Translations under genes and position numbers: made by a program
Shown: one piece after another, positions 12,591 through 21,369 of the stretch
Numbering within the stretch: the first letter of the stretch is position 1
Layout: each line of letters begins with the position of its first letter
The notes under the pieces: model-generated
Seen by the model: the letters and a program-made list of their open reading frames with translations, nothing else
Told to the model about the DNA's origin: nothing
Database searches by the model: none
NCBI GenBank assembly: GCA_007132905.1
Contig: SLNR01000060.1
Coordinates: 1,442 to 65,441, forward strand
DNA: 64,000 bases
Reading direction: 5' to 3'
From: Candidatus Sumerlaeota bacterium
Lineage (GTDB): Bacteria; Bacillota; SLNR01

Positions 12591-13574
12591 ATGATGCATG
12601 TTGGGCTGTTGTACAGTCAAAGCGAAATCGACAAGGATATGGAGCATGAAGTAAATCCTCACGGGGCCATTCAAATGGATGTTACTGTGAAGGCCATAGA
12701 AGGGGCCTTAAAGGAAAACGGCCACAAGGTTACCTTGATTCCGGCAGGTCTTGATTTGCTTCAAAGACTTCCGCAAATTGAAAATTTGGATATTATCTTT
12801 AACGCTTCCACAGGAATCACCAAAAAAAGCCAGCAGGCTCATGTGGTGGCCATGTTGGAAATGCTCGATGTTCCTTTTGTCGGATCGAGTCTTTCGACTC
12901 ATATATTAGGCCTTCATAAACAGATAACGAAAAGGATCTTCATGACGGCTGGTATTCCGACCCCAAAATTCCAGATGTTTTTTACCGGGGAGGAACCGCT
13001 TGACAAAGAGCTCAATTTTCCTTTGATCATTAAACCCGACCATGAAGGTTCGAGTATCGGGATTACCAAGGACAGCGTAGTACACGATGAAGAGACGTTA
13101 AGAAAAAGAGTCAAAATAATGGTAAAAGAATTTGACCAGCCGGCTCTTTGCGAGGAGTTTATAAAGGGAAGAGAATTTACAATTGGAGTTTTGGGTAACG
13201 AAGATCCGGAATTATTCCCGATTGAGGAGATTATTTTTGATCATCGCGATACAGATAAATTAGGTGCGATGACTTTGGATATTAAGGCCAGAGATGCGAT
13301 TAAACCGAAAGCGCCGGCTGATCTTGATGAAGAGAAAGCCGAAGAAATGCGCAAATATGCTTTGATGGGTTATCATATTCTTGGGTGCCGCGACTTTGCT
13401 CGCATTGACATTCGAATGGATGAAGATGAAGTACCTTATTTCCTTGAAGTGAACACCCTTCCGGGTATGCAGCCTGATTACAGCGAGTTCCCGCGAATGT
13501 CGGTGGTTGCCGGATATGAATATAAGGATTTAGTCGAAAAACTGATGAGCGTTGCCTTAGAGCGGTATAAGTAG
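12591..13574 (+). CDS. ATP-grasp ligase, D-alanine--D-alanine ligase-like
   Basis: PLIIKPDHEGSSIGI, EEFIKGREFTIGVLG and FLEVNTLPGM (Mg/ATP site) motifs. ATG 12591/12594 is properly spaced from AAGGAGG 12575-12581. The track start 12582 abuts the RBS. Confidence 0.8.
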   Translation: MMHVGLLYSQSEIDKDMEHEVNPHGAIQMDVTVKAIEGALKENGHKVTLIPAGLDLLQRLPQIENLDIIFNASTGITKKSQQAHVVAMLEMLDVPFVGSSLSTHILGLHKQITKRIFMTAGIPTPKFQMFFTGEEPLDKELNFPLIIKPDHEGSSIGITKDSVVHDEETLRKRVKIMVKEFDQPALCEEFIKGREFTIGVLGNEDPELFPIEEIIFDHRDTDKLGAMTLDIKARDAIKPKAPADLDEEKAEEMRKYALMGYHILGCRDFARIDIRMDEDEVPYFLEVNTLPGMQPDYSEFPRMSVVAGYEYKDLVEKLMSVALERYK

Positions 13575-13608
13575 TAAGGTATTTGTTTTTATAAACAGCA
13601 AGGAAAGG

Positions 13609-13659
13609 GAATTGCCGGCGGAAGCACAATGGTTAGTTTTGTGCGGCCGCCGGCAATTC
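13609..13659 (+). other. long intercistronic hairpin (about 19 bp) without U-run
   Basis: GAATTGCCGGCGG-AA-GCACAA / TTGTGC-GG-CCGCCGGCAATTC, arms 13609-13629 and 13639-13659. Confidence 0.6.
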
Positions 13660-13695
13660 TGTAATGACCTGCTTGAAATGACAAGGAGGGAAGCT

Positions 13696-14097
13696 ATGAA
13701 GAATAGACGTGACAGCATGTGTTTTGCTTGTGGAGAAGATAACCCCATCGGACTCCATCTGTCTTTTTCGGTTCTATCTGAAGATGAGATTCAAACGAAC
13801 TTTGTTGTCAAAGAAGAGCATCAAAGTTATGATGGAATGATGCACGGTGGATTAATGGCTGTTTTGCTGGATGAGGTGATGGGGAAACTGCTTTCTTTGA
13901 AAGGATTATATGCGCCGACCGCTAAGCTGGAGATCCGGTATCGCAAAGAGGTTTGTGTCGGCGAAAAGCTAACCATCTACGGCAGGATAGTTTCAATGCG
14001 GGGCAGAATGATAGAGATGGAAGCGAAAACTGAGCAGGCTGATGGGAATATTGCAGCCGAGGCTAAAGGAAAATTTATGAAAACAGACCGTAATTAA
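13696..14097 (+). CDS. hotdog-fold (PaaI-type) thioesterase
   Basis: CFACGEDNPIGLHLSF and GMMHGGLMAVLLDEVMG are typical of PaaI/4HBT-like proteins. ATG 13696 lies 6 nt after GGAGG. Confidence 0.75.
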   Translation: MKNRRDSMCFACGEDNPIGLHLSFSVLSEDEIQTNFVVKEEHQSYDGMMHGGLMAVLLDEVMGKLLSLKGLYAPTAKLEIRYRKEVCVGEKLTIYGRIVSMRGRMIEMEAKTEQADGNIAAEAKGKFMKTDRN

Positions 14098-14112
14098 GGA
14101 CTACTTGAAAGC

Positions 14113-15519
14113 GTGGCGAACTCTATGGAACTAGTTTTACTCGCGGATATTGGAAGCACTTATACCAAATTACTGGTGGTTGATATAGGGAGTTTTTGTG
14201 TTGTTAGTAAAGCTTTTGGATTGACGACAGCAAAACAGGATATCACCATAGGTTTGCGGGCGGCCTTAGACGATATGGAAAAACAAACAGGTTTTACACT
14301 TAAGGACTTTCGCCACCGTTTGGCCTGCTGTAGTGCCGCCGGCGGTCTGCAGATGGCTGCGATTGGTCTGGTTCCCGAATTGACCGCGGAAGCGGCTAAG
14401 CGGGCCTCTTTGGGTGCTGGAGCTAGGGTGCTGAAAACCTATTCCTATGAGATGACAGAAAGTGACAAAGAGGATTTAGAATCACAGCCTTGCGATATTA
14501 TTCTTTTGGCTGGAGGGACCGATGGTGGCGACCGATCAGCGATAAGGCATAACGCCAGATGCTTGGCAAGCACATCTTTGCAAGTTCCGGTGATTGTGGC
14601 AGGTAACCGTATTGCCGCAGATGAAGTTAAGGAAATCCTGCAGACAACGGGAAAGGAAGTCATTGTAACCGAAAATGTGCTGCCTTCTTTAAAGAAGTTG
14701 AATATCGAGCCGGCCCGCAAAGCGATCAGGGAGGTTTTTATTGATAAGATTATTGAAGGCAAGGGATTTGAACAGATACAAGATATGTTAGGGAGTATAT
14801 TAATGCCGACGCCTGCAGCGGTGATGGAGGCGGCTCGTTTGCTTTCTGGAGGCTTAGAGAAAAAAGACGGTTTGGGAGATTTGGTGGTTGTTGACATAGG
14901 TGGGGCCACGACAGATGTTCATTCAGTCGCCGAAGGGGTGCCAACTACGCCCAATACAGTTGAAAGAGGACTCCCGGAACCCTTAGTAAAAAGAACGGTG
15001 GAGGGAGACTTAGGATTGAGGGTAAGTGTTTTGTCTCTGCTGGAAGCAGCTGGAGTTGAGCATATCCAAAAAGAAATAGACGGCAGTGAAGAAGGACTGC
15101 GAAAGAAAATTGAACTACTGTCAAAGCAGATTGATTACCTCCCGGCTTCGGATGAAGACTCAAAGTTAGAAGCGGCTCTTGCCAAAGCGGCGGCGGAAAT
15201 TGCTATGAACAGACATGCCGGTTTTTTGGAGAAATTGACGACTCCCAGCGGTATTATGTATTCTCAAACAGGCAAAGATCTAACTCGTGTTCGTTATGTC
15301 ATCGGAACAGGAGGAATTTTTGCCCATTCTCCCTATGCCGAGGCAATATTGAAAAAGGTGTGTATGGATCCAAAGCGGCCGGATCGACTTAAACCGACCG
15401 ACCCCAAACTTATTATTGACAAACAATATTTGCTTTGGGGTATGGGGCTTTTGCAAAGTTATGATCCAAAAGCTGCTTTAAAGATGATGAAGAAGAGAAT
15501 CATTGAGAACGAAAAATGA
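14113..15519 (+). CDS. MutL-like ASKHA ATPase (glutamate mutase component-L family, putative B12-enzyme chaperone/reactivase)
   Basis: ADIGSTYTK and VVDIGGATTDVHS phosphate-binding motifs; length about 465 aa. ATG 14125 is an alternative start. Confidence 0.7.
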   Translation: MANSMELVLLADIGSTYTKLLVVDIGSFCVVSKAFGLTTAKQDITIGLRAALDDMEKQTGFTLKDFRHRLACCSAAGGLQMAAIGLVPELTAEAAKRASLGAGARVLKTYSYEMTESDKEDLESQPCDIILLAGGTDGGDRSAIRHNARCLASTSLQVPVIVAGNRIAADEVKEILQTTGKEVIVTENVLPSLKKLNIEPARKAIREVFIDKIIEGKGFEQIQDMLGSILMPTPAAVMEAARLLSGGLEKKDGLGDLVVVDIGGATTDVHSVAEGVPTTPNTVERGLPEPLVKRTVEGDLGLRVSVLSLLEAAGVEHIQKEIDGSEEGLRKKIELLSKQIDYLPASDEDSKLEAALAKAAAEIAMNRHAGFLEKLTTPSGIMYSQTGKDLTRVRYVIGTGGIFAHSPYAEAILKKVCMDPKRPDRLKPTDPKLIIDKQYLLWGMGLLQSYDPKAALKMMKKRIIENEK

Positions 15520-15652
15520 TGGACTAAAGAGTGGATACAAAACAGGCATGGTTTTTCTGATCTGCTGGAGAGCAATGGTCATTATTGTTAATGAGAAAGA
15601 GCCTGCTTTACATAAAAAGAGAAAAAAGGATGGACGATGAGGGGGAATAGCA

Positions 15653-17302
15653 ATGACGAAAATATTGGCAGCTTCTTTGGGAGAGTGTGTTCATGTAGCG
15701 GGGATTATGAATTTTTTGCGGCTGGCAGAGGATCAGGGGCACGAGACGGAATTTTTAGGTCCGGCGACTTCCATTGAGGAATTCATCGGAGCCATCCGGG
15801 AAGTAGATCCGGATATTGTGGCGGTGAGTTATCGACTGACTCCTGAAACAGCAGAAAGTTTGTTAGAAGAATTCAAACAAGCCCTTGAAGAAGCGGGTCT
15901 TGCTCAACGTCGGTTTTGTTTCGGGGGAACTCCCCCGGTAGTCGAAGCAGCCAGAAAACTTGATTTTTTTGAGATGACTTTTTCCGGTGAGGAGCCTGTG
16001 GAACATGTCATTTCATATATTAAAGGACAGGACCCAACCGAGCTTAAGGAATCTGATTTTGCGGCAAAAATTATACCGCGGATGGAAAATAAGAAACCTT
16101 TTCCTGTTATCCGGCATCACTTTGGCCTTCCCGCTGAAACAATTGAACCGACTCTGGAAGGGATTAAAAAGATCGCTGATGCTCAGGTCCTCGATGTAAT
16201 TTCACTGGGGCCGGACCAAGATGCACAGGAAAATTTCTTTCACCCGGAAAGAATTAATCCATCTAGAAGAGGAGCAGGAGGGGTACCGGTACGAACCGAA
16301 GACGATTTCAAAGCTTTGTATGAGGCTACTAGAAGAGGAAATTTTCCTCTTATGCGTTCGTACAGCGGCACCAAAGATCTATTAGAATACGCAGAAATGC
16401 TCTGCAGAACTATTCGCAATGCGTGGTGCGCCACTTCAACTTTTTGGTTTAATGCTCTCGATAAAAGAGGACCTATGCTTTTGGAGGAATCGATTAACGA
16501 GCATTTTAAACTAATGGCTTGGCACGGCAGAGAGGATGTTCCGGTAGAGGGCAATGAGTCCCACCATTGGGAACTTCGCAACGGGCATGATGTGGTGGCG
16601 GTGGTTTCATCATACATCAGTGCTTATGGATGTAAAAAAGCGGGCGTGAAAGATTACATTGCACCCTATATGTTTAATACTCCTCCTCATTTATCCGATA
16701 AGATGGATTTGGCAAAAATGCTGGCAAAGGCAGAAATGATTGAGTCTCTTGAGGATAGAAGTTTTCGTTGTTACCGACAAACAAGAACCGGTTTACTTAG
16801 TTATCCGGTGGATTTAGATTATGCCAATGGACAGCTTGGGGCCTCGATTTATCTGCAAATGGCGATGAAACCTGATATTATCCACGTGGTTGCCTCCTGT
16901 GAAGCAAACCACGCAGCCCGGCCGGAGGATATTATCGAAAGCTGTAAAATGGCTCGTCAGATTATTCAAAAGTGTATTTATGGAATGCCGGATATGACGG
17001 TTGATCCTGAGATTCAAGAAAGAAAGACTGTTCTAATGGAGGAAGCAAAGCAGCTGCTAGAAGCTATCAGAAGCTTGGGAAGTGAATCCGATGAAGATCC
17101 GCTTTTTGATGCGGCAGTCCTGGCCAAGGCAGTTAAGGTTGGTCTTTTGGATGCCCCCCAGCTAAAAGGGAATCCCCTGGCGTGTGGGCAGGTTGAAACA
17201 AAAATTCACAACGGTGCCAACTATGCCGTTGATCCCGAGACAAAAGAGATTCTTACCGAAGAGGAGAGAATTGAAAAAGTCTTTGCTAACTGGAGAGAAT
17301 AA
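15653..17302 (+). CDS. B12-binding-like domain fused to a large uncharacterised C-terminal domain
   Basis: The N-terminal ~130 aa align by eye with glutamate mutase S (GECVHVAG versus GSDCHAVG; VSYRL...; FGGTPP). The remaining ~420 aa are not recognisable to me. Confidence 0.6.
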   Translation: MTKILAASLGECVHVAGIMNFLRLAEDQGHETEFLGPATSIEEFIGAIREVDPDIVAVSYRLTPETAESLLEEFKQALEEAGLAQRRFCFGGTPPVVEAARKLDFFEMTFSGEEPVEHVISYIKGQDPTELKESDFAAKIIPRMENKKPFPVIRHHFGLPAETIEPTLEGIKKIADAQVLDVISLGPDQDAQENFFHPERINPSRRGAGGVPVRTEDDFKALYEATRRGNFPLMRSYSGTKDLLEYAEMLCRTIRNAWCATSTFWFNALDKRGPMLLEESINEHFKLMAWHGREDVPVEGNESHHWELRNGHDVVAVVSSYISAYGCKKAGVKDYIAPYMFNTPPHLSDKMDLAKMLAKAEMIESLEDRSFRCYRQTRTGLLSYPVDLDYANGQLGASIYLQMAMKPDIIHVVASCEANHAARPEDIIESCKMARQIIQKCIYGMPDMTVDPEIQERKTVLMEEAKQLLEAIRSLGSESDEDPLFDAAVLAKAVKVGLLDAPQLKGNPLACGQVETKIHNGANYAVDPETKEILTEEERIEKVFANWRE

Positions 17303-17375
17303 TGAGTGAGAGAACCCAAAGAGCACAAATAGACGGAAAAGGTGTAATTTCCAAGTAAAAAGGAGTGTTTTATGG

Positions 17376-17927
17376 ATGACTCGCGAAGAAGCGCTAAAGT
17401 TAGTTAAAAGGAATGTCAAAACAAAGAATTTAGTCAAACACATGATTGCTGCAGAAGCAGTCATGGCAGAGCTTGCTAAGCATCTAAGCGAGGATAAGGG
17501 AAAATGGGGGCTAGCCGGTTTACTTCATGACATTGACTACGAAGAAACCAAAGATGATCCCAAAAAGCACAGTCTCATCGGAGCAGAGATGCTTGATGAA
17601 TTAGGGGTTGACAGGGAGATCGTTCAGGCAGTGAGGGTGCATAATGAAGAGCACGGTATTCCCAGAGAAACGTTAATGGACAAGGCACTTTATGCTGTTG
17701 ATCCTCTGACCGGTTTAATTGTGGCCGCAGCTTTAATCCATCCGGACAAGAAAATAAGCTCCATCGACACCGGGTTTGTGATGAACCGGTTTGGCGAAAA
17801 ACATTTTGCCAAAGGAGCCAACAGAGAGAACATTAAGGCTTGCCAAGATTTTGGCATGGATCTTGATGAGTTTGTCGAAATTGGTGTAGCAGCGATGCAG
17901 GAAGTTTCTTCAGAAATCGGATTGTAG
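17376..17927 (+). CDS. HD-domain phosphohydrolase
   Basis: H...LLHDIDYE...H pattern; 183 aa; AGGAG RBS. Confidence 0.7.
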   Translation: MTREEALKLVKRNVKTKNLVKHMIAAEAVMAELAKHLSEDKGKWGLAGLLHDIDYEETKDDPKKHSLIGAEMLDELGVDREIVQAVRVHNEEHGIPRETLMDKALYAVDPLTGLIVAAALIHPDKKISSIDTGFVMNRFGEKHFAKGANRENIKACQDFGMDLDEFVEIGVAAMQEVSSEIGL

Positions 17928-18001
17928 GTAGGATAAAATACATGGGAGGATCGCGGTTACTGCGACTCTCTTCATAATAAAAAAGAAGGATGAGGTTTTT
18001 T

Positions 18002-20140
18002 ATGGATAAACAAGATTTGATAAAAGAAATTATGGGAAAGAAAGAATACCGACCACTGACAAAAAAAGAGCTCCTTAAAAAGGTCTATCGACATGGTAAG
18101 GGCCAAGAAGATGGGGAGACGGTTTTAAAAGAGATGGAAAACAAAGGTGAAATTGTTAAAAATCAGTCAGGGCGCTACGGACTTCCGGGACCTATGGGTT
18201 TTGTGGTTGGAGAGCTTGAGCTAAACCCTAAAGGGTTTGGTTTTCTTCTTCCAGATGAAGAAGGAAGGCAAGATGTCTACATTGATGGTGAAAAAATGGG
18301 TTCTGCGATGCATGGCGATAGAGTCCTTGTTCGCTTGCTTAGTTCGCAATCCACTGATATGAGAAGAGAGAAAAGGGCCGAAGGGGAAGTTGTTCGGATA
18401 ATAAGAAGGTCCGACCCTGTGATTGTGGGCATTTTTCAACGGACACAAAATTACGGCTTCGTGATCCCGGATAGTCCAAAAGTTTTGGAGCACATTCTAA
18501 TCCCTGAAGGGAAAACTTCAAAAGCAAAAGACGGCCAAAAAGTAGCGGTTAAGATCGAAACGTGGCCCAAAGAACAACGCCTTCCCGCGGGGATCGTAAT
18601 AAATGTGCTCGGTCAGCCCGGAGAAGAGGAGGCTGAGAGAGAAGCAGTAGTATTAAAGCACGGATTGAAGAAAGATTTTTCGAAAGAATCTCTTCACGAA
18701 GCGGAAAAACTGGAAGAAAATATTGGTAATGAAATGGGGCAAAGGGAAGATTTAAGAGATTTGTTTACGGTAACCATTGACGATGCCGAAGCAAAAGATT
18801 TGGACGATGCTGTGTCTTTAGAAAGAATAGATGAGGATAAAGTCCGTCTTGGGGTCCACATTGCTGATGTAAGTTTCTATGTCAAGAAGGGTTCTGCCCT
18901 TGATCTTGAAGCAGGCGAAAGAGGAACAAGTGTTTATTTGATTGATCGAGTTATTCCTATGCTTCCTCCTCGATTATCTAATCATCTCTGCAGTTTAAAT
19001 GCCGATGAAGACAAACTTGCCGTTACTGTGTTCATGGATCTTGACAGCAGCGGGAACTTATTAAGTTATCGAATTGCAGAAAGCATGATACGTATAGATC
19101 ACAGGCTGACTTATGAATACACTTCTCGTCTGATCAGCGGGGATATAACCATTGAAAATGAAGCAGAAAAGAAAATCCATGACTTAGTCGTATTCTTGGA
19201 AGAAGTGAGCATGGGTCTTAGAAAAAAACGATTTGCAGCCGGAAGCATCGATTTTGATTTTCCCGAGGCGAAAATAGAGTTGGATGAACAGGGGCAGGTT
19301 TTGAATGTAAGAAGGGCAGAGAGATACACAGCCCACTGGATTATTGAAGAGTGTATGCTGGCGGCTAATCAAACGGTGGCAGAGCATATTCAAAGAAAAC
19401 AAATGCCCGGTTTATTTCGCATTCATGAGGCGCCGAATGAAGAAGCAGTGGAACATTTAAGAAATTTTCTCCCGACCTTAGGGTACCGGCTTAGGGGGAA
19501 AAAGAAGCTAACACCTAAGTCACTTCAGAAAGTATTAAAGGCATCCTCCAAAAGAGGTATGGAGCCTTTAGTAGGACGGGTAATTTTACAGGCGATGGAA
19601 CGGGCTCGCTATTCCATTGAAAATACGGGCCATTTTGGTCTAGCTTTTAAAAACTATACCCACTTTACTTCGCCCATTCGAAGATATCCGGATCTTATGG
19701 TCCATCGTTTGCTCAAAGAAGCAAATACCGAAGAAACTCATAGGAAAAAAGATAAAGTTCATTTGAAGCAACTTCGTGAAGCAGCAGTCGCTTCTTCGGC
19801 TGCGGAGAGAAAAGCGGCCGAAGCTGAATATGAGTGGGTTGATCGGAAGAAGATGGAGTTTTTAGGCGGCCAATTGGGAGAAATATTTGAGGGTATGATC
19901 AGCAGTGTCACGAATTTCGGCTTGTTTGTTCAACTTGAAAATACGATTGAAGGTCTTGTTCATATCAGTAATATGAATGATGATTACTATACCTTTGATG
20001 AAAAACACTATCTTTTAAAAGGGCGGCGTACGAAAAAGAGCTATCAATTAGGGGATAGAGTGGAAGTGCAGGTTGTAAAAGTGGATGTGTCTTCAACTCA
20101 GGCGGATTTCATTTTAGTTGACGCATCAGAGAAGGTTTAA
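18002..20140 (+). CDS. rnr: ribonuclease R
   Basis: RNB-domain motifs TIDDAEAKDLDDAVS and HFTSPIRRYPDL, plus a C-terminal S1 domain (GMISSVTNFGLFVQL). Confidence 0.93.
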   Translation: MDKQDLIKEIMGKKEYRPLTKKELLKKVYRHGKGQEDGETVLKEMENKGEIVKNQSGRYGLPGPMGFVVGELELNPKGFGFLLPDEEGRQDVYIDGEKMGSAMHGDRVLVRLLSSQSTDMRREKRAEGEVVRIIRRSDPVIVGIFQRTQNYGFVIPDSPKVLEHILIPEGKTSKAKDGQKVAVKIETWPKEQRLPAGIVINVLGQPGEEEAEREAVVLKHGLKKDFSKESLHEAEKLEENIGNEMGQREDLRDLFTVTIDDAEAKDLDDAVSLERIDEDKVRLGVHIADVSFYVKKGSALDLEAGERGTSVYLIDRVIPMLPPRLSNHLCSLNADEDKLAVTVFMDLDSSGNLLSYRIAESMIRIDHRLTYEYTSRLISGDITIENEAEKKIHDLVVFLEEVSMGLRKKRFAAGSIDFDFPEAKIELDEQGQVLNVRRAERYTAHWIIEECMLAANQTVAEHIQRKQMPGLFRIHEAPNEEAVEHLRNFLPTLGYRLRGKKKLTPKSLQKVLKASSKRGMEPLVGRVILQAMERARYSIENTGHFGLAFKNYTHFTSPIRRYPDLMVHRLLKEANTEETHRKKDKVHLKQLREAAVASSAAERKAAEAEYEWVDRKKMEFLGGQLGEIFEGMISSVTNFGLFVQLENTIEGLVHISNMNDDYYTFDEKHYLLKGRRTKKSYQLGDRVEVQVVKVDVSSTQADFILVDASEKV

Positions 20141-20214
20141 AGAAAGGACAGGTTTGTCAAAACTGGTTTACTGCCAATGAGGAGGAAATAAGCGGCACGG
20201 CGAAGCCAAGTCTG

Positions 20215-20243
20215 TTGACAAGGGGCGCTAGGTCCTTTATAAT
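20215..20243 (+). promoter_or_regulatory. consensus sigma-A promoter TTGACA, 17 nt spacer, TATAAT
   Basis: Exact hexamers at 20215-20220 and 20238-20243. Confidence 0.65.
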
Positions 20244-20357
20244 GGTAATGAAAGGTAAGCGACTCTATTTGTATGGATGACGATTTGATAGGAGCCCTCC
20301 TGGATCGACTTGGACATTTTGTCGGACTGGCGAGGGTCTATTTGTCAGAGGTGTGAT

Positions 20358-20822
20358 ATGAACGAGATGAAGGTTGTAACTGAAAACAGAAAAGCGCGTC
20401 ATGATTATTATATCGAAGAAAGTTATGAAGCGGGCATTGCGCTGACCGGAACAGAAGTAAAATCCCTGCGGGCGGGGCGCATCAATTTAAAGGACAGCTA
20501 TGCTAGAGTCGACAATGGAGAGTTGGTTCTGCACAATGTGCACATAAGCCCCTATGATCAGGGAAATCGGTTTAACCATGACCCGCTTCGGGCCAGAAAA
20601 TTACTGATGCATAAAAAAGAGATAGTAAGACTGTACAGCAAAGTCAGAGAAAAAGGTCTTACATTGATCCCTCTTCGTGTTTACTTTAATGAGAGAGGCC
20701 TGGTCAAGGTAGAGTTGGGCTTGGCCAAAGGGAAAAGGCAGTATGACAAAAGACAGGATATTGCTGAAAAGGATGCGAAAAGGGACATGGAAAGGGCTCT
20801 TAAAGATCGAGCCGTACAATAA
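20358..20822 (+). CDS. smpB: SsrA-binding protein SmpB
   Basis: [20 protein letters not shown] and [10 protein letters not shown] motifs; 154 aa from ATG 20358. Confidence 0.93.
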   Translation: MNEMKVVTENRKARHDYYIEESYEAGIALTGTEVKSLRAGRINLKDSYARVDNGELVLHNVHISPYDQGNRFNHDPLRARKLLMHKKEIVRLYSKVREKGLTLIPLRVYFNERGLVKVELGLAKGKRQYDKRQDIAEKDAKRDMERALKDRAVQ

Positions 20823-20842
20823 GGTCATTGATAAATCCATAT

Positions 20843-21194
20843 GGGGGCGACTAGCATCGACGGGAGCTGACAGGAATAAGAGCGGCAAGTCGAGATCCCG
20901 CATGCTCGTAAAACAGCGGACCGATTCAAATGCAAACGAAAATCACTCTTTAGCCGCTGCATAAGTGGCTAACGTCCACCTGGCTTTTGTCTATGGAGCT
21001 AGACTGGGCGCCACTTACATAGGCTGCCGACCTGGACCTGTCCAAAGATAGGTCGAAAGACGAGACGGACTAGTCCGCTTTTAATCCAGCCTTCGGGAGT
21101 AAAAACGGACGAACTTCGAAAACGAAGGATAAACTTGTAGAAGCTCTTGTTGCTGTGCTTTCGGACGCGGGTGCAAATCCCGCCGCCTCCACCA
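20843..21194 (+). ncRNA. ssrA: tmRNA (SsrA), tag ANENHSLAAA
   Basis: 5' GGGGGCG pairs with 3' CGCCTCC-A-CCA, including the G3-U70 alanine identity pair. T-arm GGGTGCAAATCCC. Tag ORF GCA...GCA TAA at 20932-20964. It lies immediately after smpB. Confidence 0.93.
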
Positions 21195-21249
21195 TTAGAA
21201 TTAGCGGCCTGTCATTGGTTATTGGTTGCGAAAATATATTGGATAATGA

Positions 21250-21277
21250 CCACTGCAGGACTGTAGTGGGTTTTTTT
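21250..21277 (+). terminator. intrinsic terminator downstream of ssrA
   Basis: CCACTGCA/TGTAGTGG 8-bp stem, then G and T7. Confidence 0.7.
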
Positions 21278-21369
21278 ATTCTAAGAGGATATGAGAAAAT
21301 TTTCTTGAAGTGGGTTGTAAGAGAAGATGCTAGTTTTTACCAGAAACTAAAGAAAGGAGCGACTGACAG

